From positions 35,588,001 through 35,652,000 of the forward strand of contig NC_043012.1 in assembly GCF_006345805.1 (NCBI RefSeq): a DNA stretch of 64,000 bases, read 5' to 3'. A program made the position numbers and the translations under genes. The notes beneath the pieces were generated by a model. The model did not search any database. It was not told the DNA's origin and saw nothing but the letters and a program-made list of their open reading frames with translations. This DNA comes from Octopus sinensis. Lineage: Eukaryota. Shown here piece by piece: positions 47,503-61,961 of this stretch (its first letter is position 1; each line of letters starts with the position of its first letter).

Positions 47503-47719
47503 ATGCACACATGTGTGTGTTGTCCCTTTGAAGAGTAGGCTTTTGCAATCCACAAACAGGAAATATCAACAACAAAATGTCTGATGCACAAAATACCTGG
47601 TACCCAATGGGAACACAGGTAAAACATCCAGGTGTAACAACAAGTGATTTGACAATCAACATTAAAAGCAAATATCCAAATAGATGATCACCAGCCCTTC
47701 GTAACACCTACCGCTCCAA

Positions 47720-48022
47720 GAGTGTAGTGGGTGCTTCTTATGTGCCAGCGGCACGAGTGCCATTGACCATGTCAGGTCAACAGCACATGTGCTGGTGGCA
47801 TGTGAAAACACCCACTACACTCTTGGAGGGGTTAACATTAGGAAGGGCATCCTGCTGTAGAAACCTTGCCAAATCAGATTGGAACCTTGTGCAGACCCCT
47901 GGCTTACCAGTTTTCAGTCAAACTGTTCAACCCATGCCAGCATGGAAAGTGGATGTTAAACGGTGATGATGATGATGATGATGATGATGTTGATGATGAT
48001 GATGTTGAAGGTGATGATGATG
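47720..48022 (+). mobile_element. Family A copy (decayed)
   Basis: TTAGGAAGGGCATCC core and (GAT)n tail. Confidence 0.7.
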
Positions 48023-48239
48023 ATTTCTATCTACCTTTGAACCAAAACATTATAGAATTGCATTCTTGGACAAGAAAATCTTGAAGATTGACATCTTTAA
48101 ACTAACAGTGATACAAAGGACACCACCTCTCAGAATATGGAAGAATTCTATAAAAACAAAAACTGAAAAAAACTGGTGCCAAATATCAGCTGCAGAGAGA
48201 AGACATAAAAGGAGCAAAAATCCAATTCTACAACAGAAA

Positions 48240-48845
48240 TTCTTTTCTTACTCTAGGCACAAGGCCCGAAATTTTGGTGGAGGGTGGGGCCAGTCGATTA
48301 GATCGACTCCAGTATGCAACTGGTAGTTAATTTATTGACTCCGAAAGAATGGAAGGCAAAGTTGACCTTGGTGGAATTTGAACATAAAGACAGATGAAAT
48401 ACCGCTAAGCATTTTGCCCAGTGTGCCAACCATTCTGCCAGCAGCTGCCTTATTCTTCAACAGATATTAATGTGATTCTTTCATTATTTTTAATCTTTGA
48501 AATTGTTTCAATCATTGGACCACAGCCATGCTGAGGCACCATTTTAAAGAGTTTAATTGATCAAAGTGATTCTGGTATTTATTCAATCAGCCTCTTTTGC
48601 CAAACTGCTAAATTGGGAATATAAACAAACCAACACAGGTTGTGAAACGGGGGAGAAGAACAAACACAAAGATACACACAAACATATATTACAGGGTTAT
48701 ACATAGTTTCTGTCTACCAAATCCACTCACAAGGCACTGGCTGGCCCAAGGCTATAGTAGAAGACATTTACCCAAGGTGCCATGCAGTGGGACTGAACCT
48801 ACAACCATGTGGTTGGGAAGCAAGCTTCTTACCACACAGCCATAC
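48240..48845 (-). mobile_element. Adjacent family B (48240-48450) and family C (48490-48845) SINEs
   Basis: Family motifs as above, both on the minus strand. Confidence 0.7.
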
Positions 48846-51169
48846 CAACTGTGAAGAAGATTTCAATAGAATCTCAAGGAAAATGGTTATACATACATGC
48901 CCAGATGGCTGCATGCATGCATGCATACATACATATATACATATGTACACACTTTTAAAGGGCATGGATAATGAAAAAAAAAAAGAGCAAGACCTCCCCT
49001 CCTTAACCCCCACTAACTTATTTTATGTATCTTTACAAACTTATCACTGAACAGGTGGCTGGTAAGAAATAAGCTTCAAACATCCAATCAGGAAAAGGAA
49101 CTCACAGCCTCCCATCCATCCCCTCGTCTCCCTTCTTACACACAACCACCACTTCTACCACCACCACCGCTACCACCACCACAACTGCCACCGCCACCAT
49201 CATTGTTTTATGTACACATTCCTTGCTGCTTTGGGTTGGCGTCAATGCCTCAAATGAAGATAGACACATTGGACAATGCAGACTTTGAAGAGAGGTCATG
49301 GCTGGAATGATTTTTTATCAAATGTCTGGCTTGACCTAATCTGACCTAGATCTAAACAACAACAATGAAGCCACAAATGTGTAAAGGAGGAGGAGTTTAA
49401 GCTACTGTGTCAACCCCAGCATATAACAGGTATTTTATTTTATAAAGCCCCAGGTAAATAAAAAGCAAAGTGGGTAGCAGTGGGGTTTGAACACAGAATG
49501 TGAAGGAGAGAAACGAAATGTTGTTGTAAGATGCTTCACACACTCCGCCACCCTTGGCTTGTAAATTAAACTCTTTAAGATATTTATTGGTGTAGGAGTG
49601 TTATTGATTAAATCCACCCTGGTACTTCACTGGTGATTATTTATCAACATTGAGAGGAAGGGGCAAAGTTGAGTGGGTGGGGGGAAGAGGCTGGAGGCAA
49701 AGTCGACTTCAGCAGGGCTTGAACTCAGAGTGCAAAGGTCAGAAGTGCAAAACTCAGACTGCAAGGCGTTATCTGCCATCATGTCACTGACAAACACACC
49801 ACCACCACCACCACCACCACCACCGCCACCACCACCACCACCGCCACCACCCTCGTCAGACATATGTGCATTAGCTGCAACTCTGCTTCAGGAACAGCAG
49901 ATATGAGAGAAGTGCATTAAATGTAACAATATTGCAGCAGCAGCTGCAAAGGAAGTGCAGTTGCTGCATCTCTGCTGCAATATTAGAAGTGTGCACTCAA
50001 ATACTACTGCATATATGAGATGTGCATAAACTATTGCAGCAGCAGCAGCAGCGGATATAAAAATTAGTGCAGTAGATGCAACAGAACAGCAGCAGCTGCT
50101 ATAAGAGAAATGCATTAGATGCAACCACCCTACTGCAGCAGTAGCAGCAGATATAAGGTTAGTGCAGTAGATACAACGCTGTTGCAGTATGAGATGTGCA
50201 TACACCAGTGCAGCAGTAGATATAAGGTTAGTGCATTAACTGCAACACCACTGCAGCGTTAAAAAATTGGCAGAGAATGCTGAAGGTGCAGCTCAGGAAT
50301 GAGGCATTTGTTGCAGCAGTTTTGCAGCAACAGGCTTTCTCACCAACTACTACTGCAGCTGCTAGCGGCAGCAGCAGCTACAGTAGTAGTAGTAGTAGTA
50401 GTAGTGTTGGTGGTGGTGGTGGTGGTGGCGGTAGTGTTGGTAGTAGTAGTAGCAGTAGCAGCATTCTTCATTGTTGCTAACAGGTGCTGCCATGATTAGT
50501 AACATTGACAGTGTTACCACCACCACCACCACCACCACCATCACTAATACTATCACCTCCACCACCATCACCTCCACTAACAGGAGCCAAAGAGAGAACC
50601 TCTATGTGGTTGCTCAACATGCTAGAAATAGCAGTCAAATATCTCTCAAACCATTGTCTGCTGTCTTGAAAAAAGGGTGCATTCAATAATACTCTACTGA
50701 GTTCTCCATACAGAGGAAAAAAGTAGGATGGTCATGGTTGGAATGTATATAATCATAGGTCTGCTTCATAAATACTGACCCAGAGCTAAATAAACAACAA
50801 CAACAACAACCACAATCACCACTTTAAACACACCACTCCAACCCCACCACCCACACTAGCCTTGGCATTGCAACCACTGCATCTTCTACAAACATCATCA
50901 TCATCATCATTACAATAACCACCACCACCACCACCATTACCATTACCCCCACCACATCTCTTCCACTGCCCCACTGCTCCTGCTTCTACTCCAAATAAGC
51001 ATCCTCACCATCCTCATCATCATCATCATCATCAGCATTGTTGTCAGGAGTATCAATAAAGATATGTGAGAGTGTGGTTTATCTTGGCAGGACATGAAAG
51101 AGGAATGTGAAGAAACAGCAGGAGAGAGATGTTCGGCAAGGCAACGAACTCTGGCGCTACTTGGAGCAT

Positions 51170-51705
51170 GGCTGTTTTATGTTTGTAGATGTCTGTAGAA
51201 GTCTGTGGATGTCTACGGATGGATGTAGATCTATGTAGATGTTTGTAGAAGTATGTGAATGTATGTAGGCAACTAAGTTTGTTTATACATGTCTGTAGAT
51301 GCCTACAGGTCTATGTAGAGGTTTGCAGAGGTTTGCAGAGGTTTGTAGAGGTTTGTGGAGGTTTGTAGAGGTTCATAGGGGTTTGTAGACATCCGTGGAT
51401 GTAGAAATATGTGAATGTATGTAGGCAACTATGTTTGTTTATACATGTCTGTAGATGCCTACAGGTCTATGTAGAAGTTTGCAGAGGTTTGCAGAGGTTT
51501 GTAGAGGTTTGTGGAGGTTTGTAGAGGTTCATAGGGGTTTGTAGACATCCGTGGATGTAGAAATATGTGAATGTATGTAGGCAACTATGTTTGTTTATAC
51601 ATGTCTGTAGATGCCTACAGGTCTATGTAGAGGTTTGTAGAGGTTTGTAGAGGTTTGTGGAGGTTTGTAGAGGTTTATAGGAGTTTGTAGATATCCATGG
51701 ATGTA
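51170..51705. repeat. 156-bp x3 tandem repeat built from a 10-bp GTAGAGGTTT monomer
   Basis: GTAGAA(G/A)TATGTGAATG at 51245, 51401 and 51557. Confidence 0.9.
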
Positions 51706-52403
51706 TGGGGGGATGTCTGTTTATTGCACATTTGTAGATCTCTGGAGATGTCAGATGTTCTTAGACATCAGCTCAGTATATCTTAGGTGTCTGTAAATGT
51801 CTATGGGTTGGATGGCTTCACAGGAGCTGGGAACCCAAGGGCTGCACCCAGCTCCAATTGTCTTTGTGGCATGGTTTCTATGGCTGGATGGCATTCCTAA
51901 TGCCAACCACTTAATAGAGTGTGGATTGGGTGGGTTTTTTTCATGCAGAACAATGTACTGGCACTTTTTATGTGACACCAGCACCAGCGGGGTCACCAAA
52001 TCACTTGTAGGACAAAGACCCCTTAGTTGAAAGAAGGAGTGGAACTAAGGAAAGTAACTGTGTGCCAGACAAGAGGTTACAGTGGGATAGGGGACAGGGA
52101 TGGTGGTTTTATTTTAGAGGAGGTAAGTGGCCACCCCAGCTGGGTAAGGAAGCTGGGGAAGAAAGTTAGGGAGAAAGATAGAGAGAAGGCCAGAATGAGG
52201 GAGAGAGGGAAACCTGTCGGATGTCTGTTCAATATTTGTGACATGCATACAGATATATATGTATGAGCACAAGTGTGGCTGTAGTTGCAGCCATGGATGG
52301 GTGGCTAAGAAACTAGCTCCTCAACAATGTGGTCTTGTGTTCAATCCTATGGCACAGCACTTTGGGGAAATGACTTGTACCTAATATATATATTATATAT
52401 ATA

Positions 52404-52436
<33 letters not shown>

Positions 52437-53099
52437 CATAATTAAGGATAAAATCAATTAATGACCTTTTCAGTGGCCAGCATGTAATAAAAACCATATA
52501 GGTAGAAATTAATATAGATATATAATTATAATTATAATTAAGGATATGGAGAAACAGTGGCTACATGCTAGAGATAAACGTCAAATGATTCTAAAAACCA
52601 CTTCAAATTACACTCCATTAACACAAGGCTGAAAGTAAAGAAATGAATAAAAGAGATTTAGTAAGAATATTTTTTTTTTGGTTAATTCTAGGTTGTCCAA
52701 TTTCTGGTTTAGTAATACTATCACTTTACTGCTATCAGTAGAATATACCAAAAGTACATAAATGTTGATACATATATATACACACCCATACAAATACATG
52801 TGCATATATACTAATACATACATATATTCACACATATACATGATGCAAATCCAATTATTCATCTCAACCACGTGATCTTATTAGTGGCCAGCATGTAATA
52901 AAAACCATTTTTGGTAATAATTAATATAAATATATAATTATATAAATATAATTATAATGAGGGGTACCCCAAAACAGCACCTACATGTTAGAGATAAACA
53001 TCAAATGACTAATATATGTATGTGTGCGTGTGTGTGTGTGCACGCGTGTATGTGTACATATATATATGTGTGTGTGTATATATATATGTGTGTGTATCT

Positions 53100-53730
53100 T
53101 CTTTGCCAGGGACTTCAGGAGGGGTCATGTTTTTTGCGCCATACAGGAGATTGGAGAGGACTGATGTGTTGCAGATGCAAAGTTTCATCTACCAGGAGAT
53201 AGAGCAGTGGTGCCAGAGGGACTTCCATAAGGAGCACATAATCTCCAGCAGCCAGGCCACATCTGCAGTTAACATCCAGGGTCATTGTTGGGACGAAACC
53301 TGACCCGTCTCGAATTCCCTGGCAATGAGGATCAACAGTTTTGATAGCAGAGCCCCGAGAACCATCAAGAACATCAGTTGCTACCATCATGTTTGCAATA
53401 CAGAACTGCATGTGTGCACATATCAGCCCATATTCTCCTACCTCATAACTATCGATTGCTGGTATGGACATGTCCCCCATCTCCTGCTAGATCATCCTAC
53501 CAGGGCTTTACTCTCGTTCAACACAGCAGAGGAAGAGGCCTTGCCGCAGGCCCTGCACTAGAGGGCTGGATGTGATTGGAGAAGATCTCCAGAGGTTCAA
53601 TGTCACCTTGGAGGATGCACAAGGAGAGCTCTGGTGAACCTGGTCAGCTCTATGCAAGATGGCGTCTCTAAGACCCCTAACCTGGGATGACCTCAACCCC
53701 ATCAAACAAGAGCACGAAGCAAAAGCAGCA
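53100..53730 (+). mobile_element. Decayed RTE-type LINE ORF2 3' part (lineage distinct from 500-751)
   Basis: RINSFDSRAPRTIKNISCYHHVCNTEL...WYGHV...DHPTRALLSFN...WLDVIGEDLQRFNVTLEDAQ with frameshifts. Confidence 0.75.
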
Positions 53731-53751
53731 TATATACAAATATATATATGC

Positions 53752-53814
<63 letters not shown>

Positions 53815-54845
53815 GGTGCATATGGTTGTGTTTGTCCCCATCACTGCTTGTCAACTGATGCTGGTTTGTTTATATCTTTGTAACTTAGCAGTTCAGCAAA
53901 ATAGAGAGTGATAGAATAAGTACCAGACCTACAATATAGGTACTGAGGTCAATTTGTTGGACTAAGTCCCTTGAGGCAGTGCTCCAGCATGGCCACAGTC
54001 CCATGACTGAAACACATTAAATCCTGTTATATTCTGGGCTGAACATTAAGCTGCATCTCAAGGTGAGGCTCCAGCTTGGGCGTTTAGGAGTCTTGGGAGA
54101 TTATGGAATTATCCACTAGTCACCAGGACCCTGGCCTGAGGTGGTAGCATCTATCAAAGACCCCAGTTAAGGGTCAAATAGTTGAAGATAGATCTGTGGT
54201 TAAAGCAGATATGCTTCAGAGAAATTTTGGCCCCTCAATGTGTGTCTCATGGCCCCTTTCGTTTGTGGACCTGTTCTCATGTCATGTGAACCCATCACCC
54301 TAACTAGGGGCTTAACAAGCCCTGCACCTCAATGGTAGGCTTGGGAAAAGCAGGCATTAAGTGTACTGAATTGTAAAGAAACTAGCAGAAGGCAACTAGG
54401 ATCTGGAATCTTCAGTCTTTGGGGTAGAGGTATCGATGCCTGGGGGTATTAAAGATAGGGAGGCTGACATGTGTATTACAGGTGTGAAACTCTATCAGTA
54501 AATGTTGTGAAGGGCTTCACATACATATGTTCATAAATATGTACTTACATACATGAGATGGGATTTAATTCATATAAGAGACCCCACCACATTATTAATA
54601 GTTTACTAGTTTCCAATTGAAGAGGAACGCCACAAAGCCATCAAAAATATATTATATGCATATATATATCATATACACATATACATGTTTATATATATAT
54701 ATATATATACACAATGTAAATATACTCACACGCACATATAATACATGTATGTGTAGATGTGTGTGTGTGTATGTAAATAGATAAATGATAGAAAGTGGAA
54801 TAAATGATATTCTGTTTTTAGGGTTAGTTCTGTTTTTATGTTATC

Positions 54846-55042
54846 CAGTGGCTTAGTGGTTAGGATGTCAGCATCATGATCGTAAGATTGTGGTTTCGAT
54901 TCCTGGACCGGGTGACACATTGTGTTCTTGAGCAAAACACTTCATTTCATGTTGCTCCAGTCCACTCAGCTGGCAATAATGAGTAACACTGCGATTGACT
55001 GGCATCCTGTCCAGCTTGGGGACACATACGCCATGGAAACTG
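54846..55042 (+). mobile_element. tRNA-derived SINE with V-domain-like segment
   Basis: TGGCTTAGTGG A box, GGTTTCGATTCC B box, then GCGATTGACTGGCATCCTGTCCAG resembling the V-SINE core. Confidence 0.55.
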
Positions 55043-55931
55043 GTGTATACACACATATATACAACCATCAATGTTTGTGTAAATGCTTGCAAATGCATGT
55101 GTATGTGCATCGATGTGTGTGCATCTGGTATCATGTGCACTGTGAAGTCATTGAGTGCATAGGTTGGTAGATGGGTGAGAGATCATTTCTCTGCATTTTA
55201 CCTCATAGTGGGGCTGGGTAAAAGGGGTTGGAGTACTACATTATAAGTATGAGTGGAGGCCAGATGAAGGTCCCCCTCACACATCTTGAAGGCAGGGTGA
55301 GGTACAACATGTGCCAGGGTGGTGGTAGTGATGGTGGGCATAAAAATATTTCATCTGCAGTTAGGTTAGTGAGGTTAATCTCACTGAGAATATAGAGGGT
55401 GAGATAATAGCTGCCCCCACCACGTTACTGTCACTTCCACCCCTTCCTTGCGTATTAAGTGGGGTGAGGGTATTGTTGTTTTTGTGGAGGTGCTCGGTGC
55501 CTAGGGTGGTTGTAGGAAGATGAGTGGGAGAGACGTAAGGGCAAGTATGACATTCTCGTCATCATTTCACTAGCATGGGGAAATGAGGGTAGCTTGTTTG
55601 CAATATGGACATAGACATAATAAGAACACACACACACACACACACACATACATATACATATGTATGTGCACATACATATATACGTACATATGTGTGAATT
55701 AGCTAGGTATCCACCACCGAGGATGAACACAAAGAGCTCAGAACTGTAGTGCCTGGTGGTCACTGGAAGATGGTAGGGGTTCGCTCCCTAACCCTTGCAA
55801 TATTTATCGGATGCAGATTGCATCAAATAACCAGCTGGAGGAGGCATCTGCCATAGAATGGCAGCAACATCAATTCCTGTGGAATAGCCATGTTGAAGTG
55901 GCAACAAGCATACATACATGTCTATCTATCT

Positions 55932-55985
<54 letters not shown>

Positions 55986-56119
55986 TATATGTATCTATGT
56001 TCACACACACCACACATGCAAACACATACACATATGCACACACACATGCATATACACATATGATGTGTGTGTGTGTGTATGTATGTATACATATATATAT
56101 ATATATGTATATATATATG

Positions 56120-56154
<35 letters not shown>

Positions 56155-56165
56155 ATATATATGTG

Positions 56166-56205
<40 letters not shown>

Positions 56206-56231
56206 TATATATACATATAAATATATATAAG

Positions 56232-56510
56232 CGCCGCTCCGACTGGCGTCCGTGCCGGTGGCACGTAAAAAGCACCAACCGATCTTGGCCGTTGCCAGCC
56301 TTGCCTGGCACCTGTGCAGGTGGCATGTAAAAAGCACCCACTACACTCTTGGAGTGGTTGGCGTTAGGAAGGGCATCCAGCTGTAGAAACTCTGTCAGAT
56401 CAGACTGGGCCTGGTGCAGCCTCCAGGCTTCCCAGACCCCGGTTGAACCGTCCAACCCATGCTAGCATGGAAAGCAGACGCTAAACAATGATGATGATGA
56501 TGATGATGAT
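56232..56510 (+). mobile_element. Young family A copy inserted in (TA)n
   Basis: Full core and (GAT)n tail; (TA)n on both sides. Confidence 0.85.
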
Positions 56511-57239
56511 GTATATATATTATATATATATATATATATTATATATATATACATCATCATTGTTTAACATTCACACACACACATAGGTATGGCAGTTGTG
56601 CGGTGCATTGAGAAAATGCCTTCTGTTATCAGACCAGGCTGACCAACGCTTTGTCAGTGAATTTGGTAGAGGATTTTTAATATGCCTGATATATATATAT
56701 AATATTATATATATACATAGATATATATATATATATATTATATTATATATATACATAGATATATAAGTACATTATATATATATATATATATAATATACTT
56801 ATAAATTTATACAAACACACACACACATATATGTTTAGTAAGATAATAGGCTAAAGCTGTTAGTAGGAAAGCTTTGGTGAAAGATGAGTAGAAATAGATT
56901 AAAATAAAATTGAGAAAGATAATATACAATAAAGTGTGTGGTGGGGGGTGGGAGAAATAAAATAAAATAAAACAAAATAAAGTGAAACAATATAGAAAAG
57001 AAGAGAGGTAATTGAATAGAAGAGGCAGCCGAATTGGAGGATTAATTGTGTCTAATAGGTTGAGGGGCGGATGTAAGATTTTTTTTTGTTATAAAAATCT
57101 ATGAATGTAGAAGAAACTGTAAAGGTTTGTGGATAAAAATGTTTTAAAAGTTTTCAAGGCTTTTAGCAATTTTAAAAACACTTTCGAAAGGACATATAAA
57201 AGTAGGTAAGCAAATGGATAGGCAGATAGAGCAAACAAT

Positions 57240-57448
57240 ATATACGTGCGTGTGTGTGTGTGTGTGTAGATAGACAGACAGATAAATCAATAGCTACATT
57301 GAGATAGATAGATATATAGATAGATAGATAGAGAGAGAGATAGAGAGAGGGATAAATAGACTGATAGATAGATAAATAAAGAGAAAGAGACACAGACAGA
57401 CAGATTGACAGATAGACAACAGACAGATAGATATATATATATAATATA

Positions 57449-57506
<58 letters not shown>

Positions 57507-57686
57507 GAGAAAGAGACAGACAGACAGATTGACAGCTAGATAGATAGATAGATAGACGGACAGATAGATTGACAGATAGACTGACAGACAGACAAACAGA
57601 CAGATAGACAGATAGATAGATAGAGAGAGGGAGAGACAGACAGCCAGACAGATAGATTGACAGACAGACAAACAGACAGACAGACG

Positions 57687-57736
<50 letters not shown>

Positions 57737-57804
57737 CACAGAGATAGATAGACTGACAGACAGATAGATAGATAAATAAATAGATAGATAGATAGATAGA
57801 TAGG

Positions 57805-57848
<44 letters not shown>

Positions 57849-57985
57849 TAGATTGACAGATAGACTGACAGACAGACAAACAGACAGTCAGACAAACAGA
57901 CAGACAGACAGATAGAGAGAGAGACAGACAGCCAGACAAACATACAGATAGGTAGATAGATAGATAGATAAATAGATAGATAGAG

Positions 57986-58044
<59 letters not shown>

Positions 58045-58075
58045 CAGAGGGATTACTACGTGGATAGATAGATGG
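57240..58075. repeat. (GATA)n/(GACA)n tract
   Basis: Direct inspection. Confidence 0.95.
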
Positions 58076-58503
58076 TTTGGTATGTAGGTAGAAGGCTAGA
58101 CAGTTTACCCCGACATGTGGTGTGTGGCTGGACTGGGCCTTGTTACTGGGTGGAGTAGCTGATTCACTGAGCACTTGCGAACTGAAGGTTCTTCATTAGA
58201 CTTCCGCATTCATATTTTCCGCACTCTCCTGACGGTGATTAGTTTTCCACTCTTTCGCAATTACAGATCCTGGAAGCAGCAGACGTTCTTTCCATGCACC
58301 CAGTTCATTAGGCGGTGGTTCAGGTCAGGTGCCGACTTCCTAATAAAGTGTGCCTCTGTTATTCTGAGGCTAGCTGCACCCCTCCCCCTTCACCAGTCTG
58401 TAGGGTGGAGAACACCCTCCCCCCCACCTCTATCCTATTAATGACATCACCCTGCTCTCTTACTAAGCTCCAACCAGGTTGCCTGACATAAACCAACACG
58501 TTA

Positions 58504-58547
<44 letters not shown>

Positions 58548-58722
58548 GATAGATAGATAGATACATACATACATACATGTATTTATACATATATATCTCT
58601 ACATATATGTATACATATATATATATGTATAAATATATATACGTATGTATGTATCTATCTAACTATATATATATGCATATATATACATGCACATATATAT
58701 AGATGCACATATATATATATGC

Positions 58723-58761
<39 letters not shown>

Positions 58762-59021
58762 TACACACACATATATATATACACACATGCATGCCTACAT
58801 ACATACATACATACATATATACATACATACAGACATACATACATACATATATGTATTTATACATATATATCTACATATATGTATACATATATATATATAT
58901 ATATGTATAAATATATATATGTATCTATTTATCTAACTATATATATATGCATATATATACATGCACATATATATAGATGCGCATATATATATATATACAC
59001 ACATATATATATATATATATA

Positions 59022-59054
<33 letters not shown>

Positions 59055-59108
59055 CACACATGCATGCCTACACACATACATACATACATACATACATACA
59101 TACATACA

Positions 59109-59140
<32 letters not shown>

Positions 59141-59526
59141 CTGAGAATAAGGAAAATGAAGAATTTGAACATCCAGACGTTCTGCTTGGTTTATTCATAA
59201 TAATTGTCCGACACGTGTTTCGATCGTATCAACTGCAAATTGCTGCATATTTATATGCAGGGATTTATGCATAATTTGTCCGAAGAAACCGGCCTTGGCA
59301 CCCTACATAGAGTAACATGTGATCTGCCTGGACATTTATATCTCTCCTCTTACTATCTATCTATCTATCTATACACACACACATATATATATAGAGAGAG
59401 AGATACATATATATATATATATATAATTAATCAATATAGGGTGGCAAAAAATTTTGTAGAATTTTTTCGCCACCAGCGGCCTAGTGGGAAAAAATTAAAT
59501 AGTCAAAGACCATTTTTAAGTTCAAC

Positions 59527-59800
59527 ATCACAATCAAGGAACGGCCATAATAGGCCATTCACCCACTAGAAATAACAGCCAAAGCTTCAACCGCAAAATA
59601 ACATTAATTCCGTAAACCAGGAGAAAATTTTAAAAAATTAAAAAATTAAAAAATTAAAAAATTAAAAAATTAAAAATTTACAGGGTAAATGTTTTTTAAT
59701 TTTCTCCTGGTTTACGGAATTAATGTTATTTTGCGGTTGAAGCTTTGGCTGTTATTTCTAGTGGGTGAATGGCCTATTATGGCCGTTCCTTGATTGTGAT
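59527..59800. repeat. Perfect 103-bp inverted repeat with (AAAAATT)n spacer
   Basis: 59527-59629 is the exact reverse complement of 59698-59800. Confidence 0.9.
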
Positions 59801-59807
59801 ATATATA

Positions 59808-59860
<53 letters not shown>

Positions 59861-60327
59861 TACATATACACATATATTTATGTGTGTGTGTGAGACACAT
59901 TCCTGGTTGACATTGTGACACATCTATCAGTGCTTTTGGAAACCTGTGGAATATGAGGACCCTATATTTCAAAACCAGGGGAAGGGTTAGTGACAGGAAA
60001 AGCACCCTACTATAAACTACTGTCTTAAAATCATGATTTCCCATCCAAGCCATGCTCGCATGAGAAGCCAGACATTAAACAAATCAACATATCAACTAAC
60101 AATACATGTGTGTATGTGTGTGTGTATTTATATATATCCACACACAGACATACATACATGTAATATATATATATATAGCCATTGGTATATGTGTATATAT
60201 ATATACACAAATACATGTATATGTACATACACATACATATATATATATGTATATGCATGTGTATATATATATGTTTATATATATATGTATATGTGCGTGT
60301 GTGTGTATATATATATGTATGTATATA

Positions 60328-60379
<52 letters not shown>

Positions 60380-60624
60380 ACATGGAGAATGATGTGAGCA
60401 ATTCATTCTCTTGCATAATTCTACAATTGTTTTATCGACACTTTACCAGAATTTTATGACGGAATATTATTATTATTACATAACATACAAAATATAATAC
60501 AATGTATTACAGGAGAATAGCATCTCTGATTTACTTGATTCTCCTTGTTAATATTTATAGAAATTCTACAGATATTTAGAAATCATCAGTAAAGTGATTC
60601 ATTTTCTTTGTACAATAATACCTG

Positions 60625-60845
60625 TGAGAAGGCGGCAAGCTGGCACAATCGTTAGAATGCTGCGCAAAAAGCTTATTGGTATTTTCTTCATCTTTACATT
60701 TCGAGTTCAAATACAACCGAGGTTGACTTTGCTTTAAACCCCTCCTTGGTCGATAAAGTAAGCATTAGTTGAGTACTGAGGGTCGATGCAACTGACTTAC
60801 CTCTTCCCCTGAAATTGCTGGCCTTGTGCCAAAATTTGAAATTGA
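60625..60845 (+). mobile_element. Family B SINE (decayed)
   Basis: GAAGGCGGCAAGCTGGCACAATCGTTAG head and family body. Confidence 0.7.
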
Positions 60846-61046
60846 TTGTGTGATGATAGCCGATACCTGCGGACAAGCTTTATAAAGCAAACTCCATGGT
60901 GAAAACTCAAATGGAATTGATACACACAAACACACACACAACACATATGCATGAATGAGCTAACCAAAGCCTTGTAAGTGGATTTGGTAGAGGGAAACTG
61001 AAAGAAGCCTGTTGCATATATATATATATATATATAAATATAAATA

Positions 61047-61079
<33 letters not shown>

Positions 61080-61080
<1 letters not shown>

Positions 61081-61345
61081 CATTATCATCATCGTCATTA
61101 TTATCCGCTTTCCATGCTGGCATGGGTTGCATGGTTTGACTGAGGATTGGCTCCAATCTAATCTGGCAAAGTTTCGTCAGCTGGATGCCCTTCCTAACGC
61201 CAACCACTCCGAGAGTGTAGTGGGTGCTTTTTACATGCCACTGGCATGGGAGCCAGTCAGGCGGCACTGACAACAACCATGATCGAATGGTACTTTTTAT
61301 GTGCCACCGGCACGGGAGACACTCAGGCGGAACTGGCAATGGCAT
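61080..61345 (-). mobile_element. Family A copy
   Basis: GCTGGATGCCCTTCCTAACGCCAACCACTCCGAGAG core. Confidence 0.8.
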
Positions 61346-61654
61346 TATATATATATGATATTACATATTATATATTGGCCAGATATATGTGTGTGTGTGC
61401 TTGTCCTCCCAACATCACTTGACAATGGATGTTAGGGTTGATTTGTTCGACGGAAGGCGGTGCTCCAGCATGGCCGCAGTCAAATGACTGAAACAAATAA
61501 AAGAATAGAAGAACAAAAGAATAAAGTACAATACTGTTTCTACTTTGCGGATTTTTACCTATAGCGTAGGGGGGGGGCAGTTGGAACGTAACATTCGCAA
61601 CAGTCAAGGGATCACCGTGTATATATATATCTGTATCTATATATATATATCACG

Positions 61655-61961
61655 TGATCACGTGACCGACCAGGTCATCAGATGTTGCTACACACATCGC
61701 TGGTCACAATGCGCTTCGCATTGTTTTAAAAGCCTTCAATGACGCCACCCCACTGGCTAAGCGAGCAGGCCAACAGAAGAAAGAGTGCGAGAAAGTTGTG
61801 GCGAAAGAGTACAGCAGGGATCGCCACCACCCCCTGCCGGAGCTTCATGGAGCTTTAGGTGTTTTCGCTCAATAAACACTCACAACGCCCGGTCTGGGAA
61901 TCGAAACCGTGATCCCACAACCGCGAGTCTGCTGCCCTAACCATTGGGCCATTGCGTCTCC

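Noticed and set aside
48033-48190. Minus-strand candidate exon with strong acceptors
   Set aside because: All frames are closed before the donor, and the plus-strand ORF looks like decayed repeat sequence.
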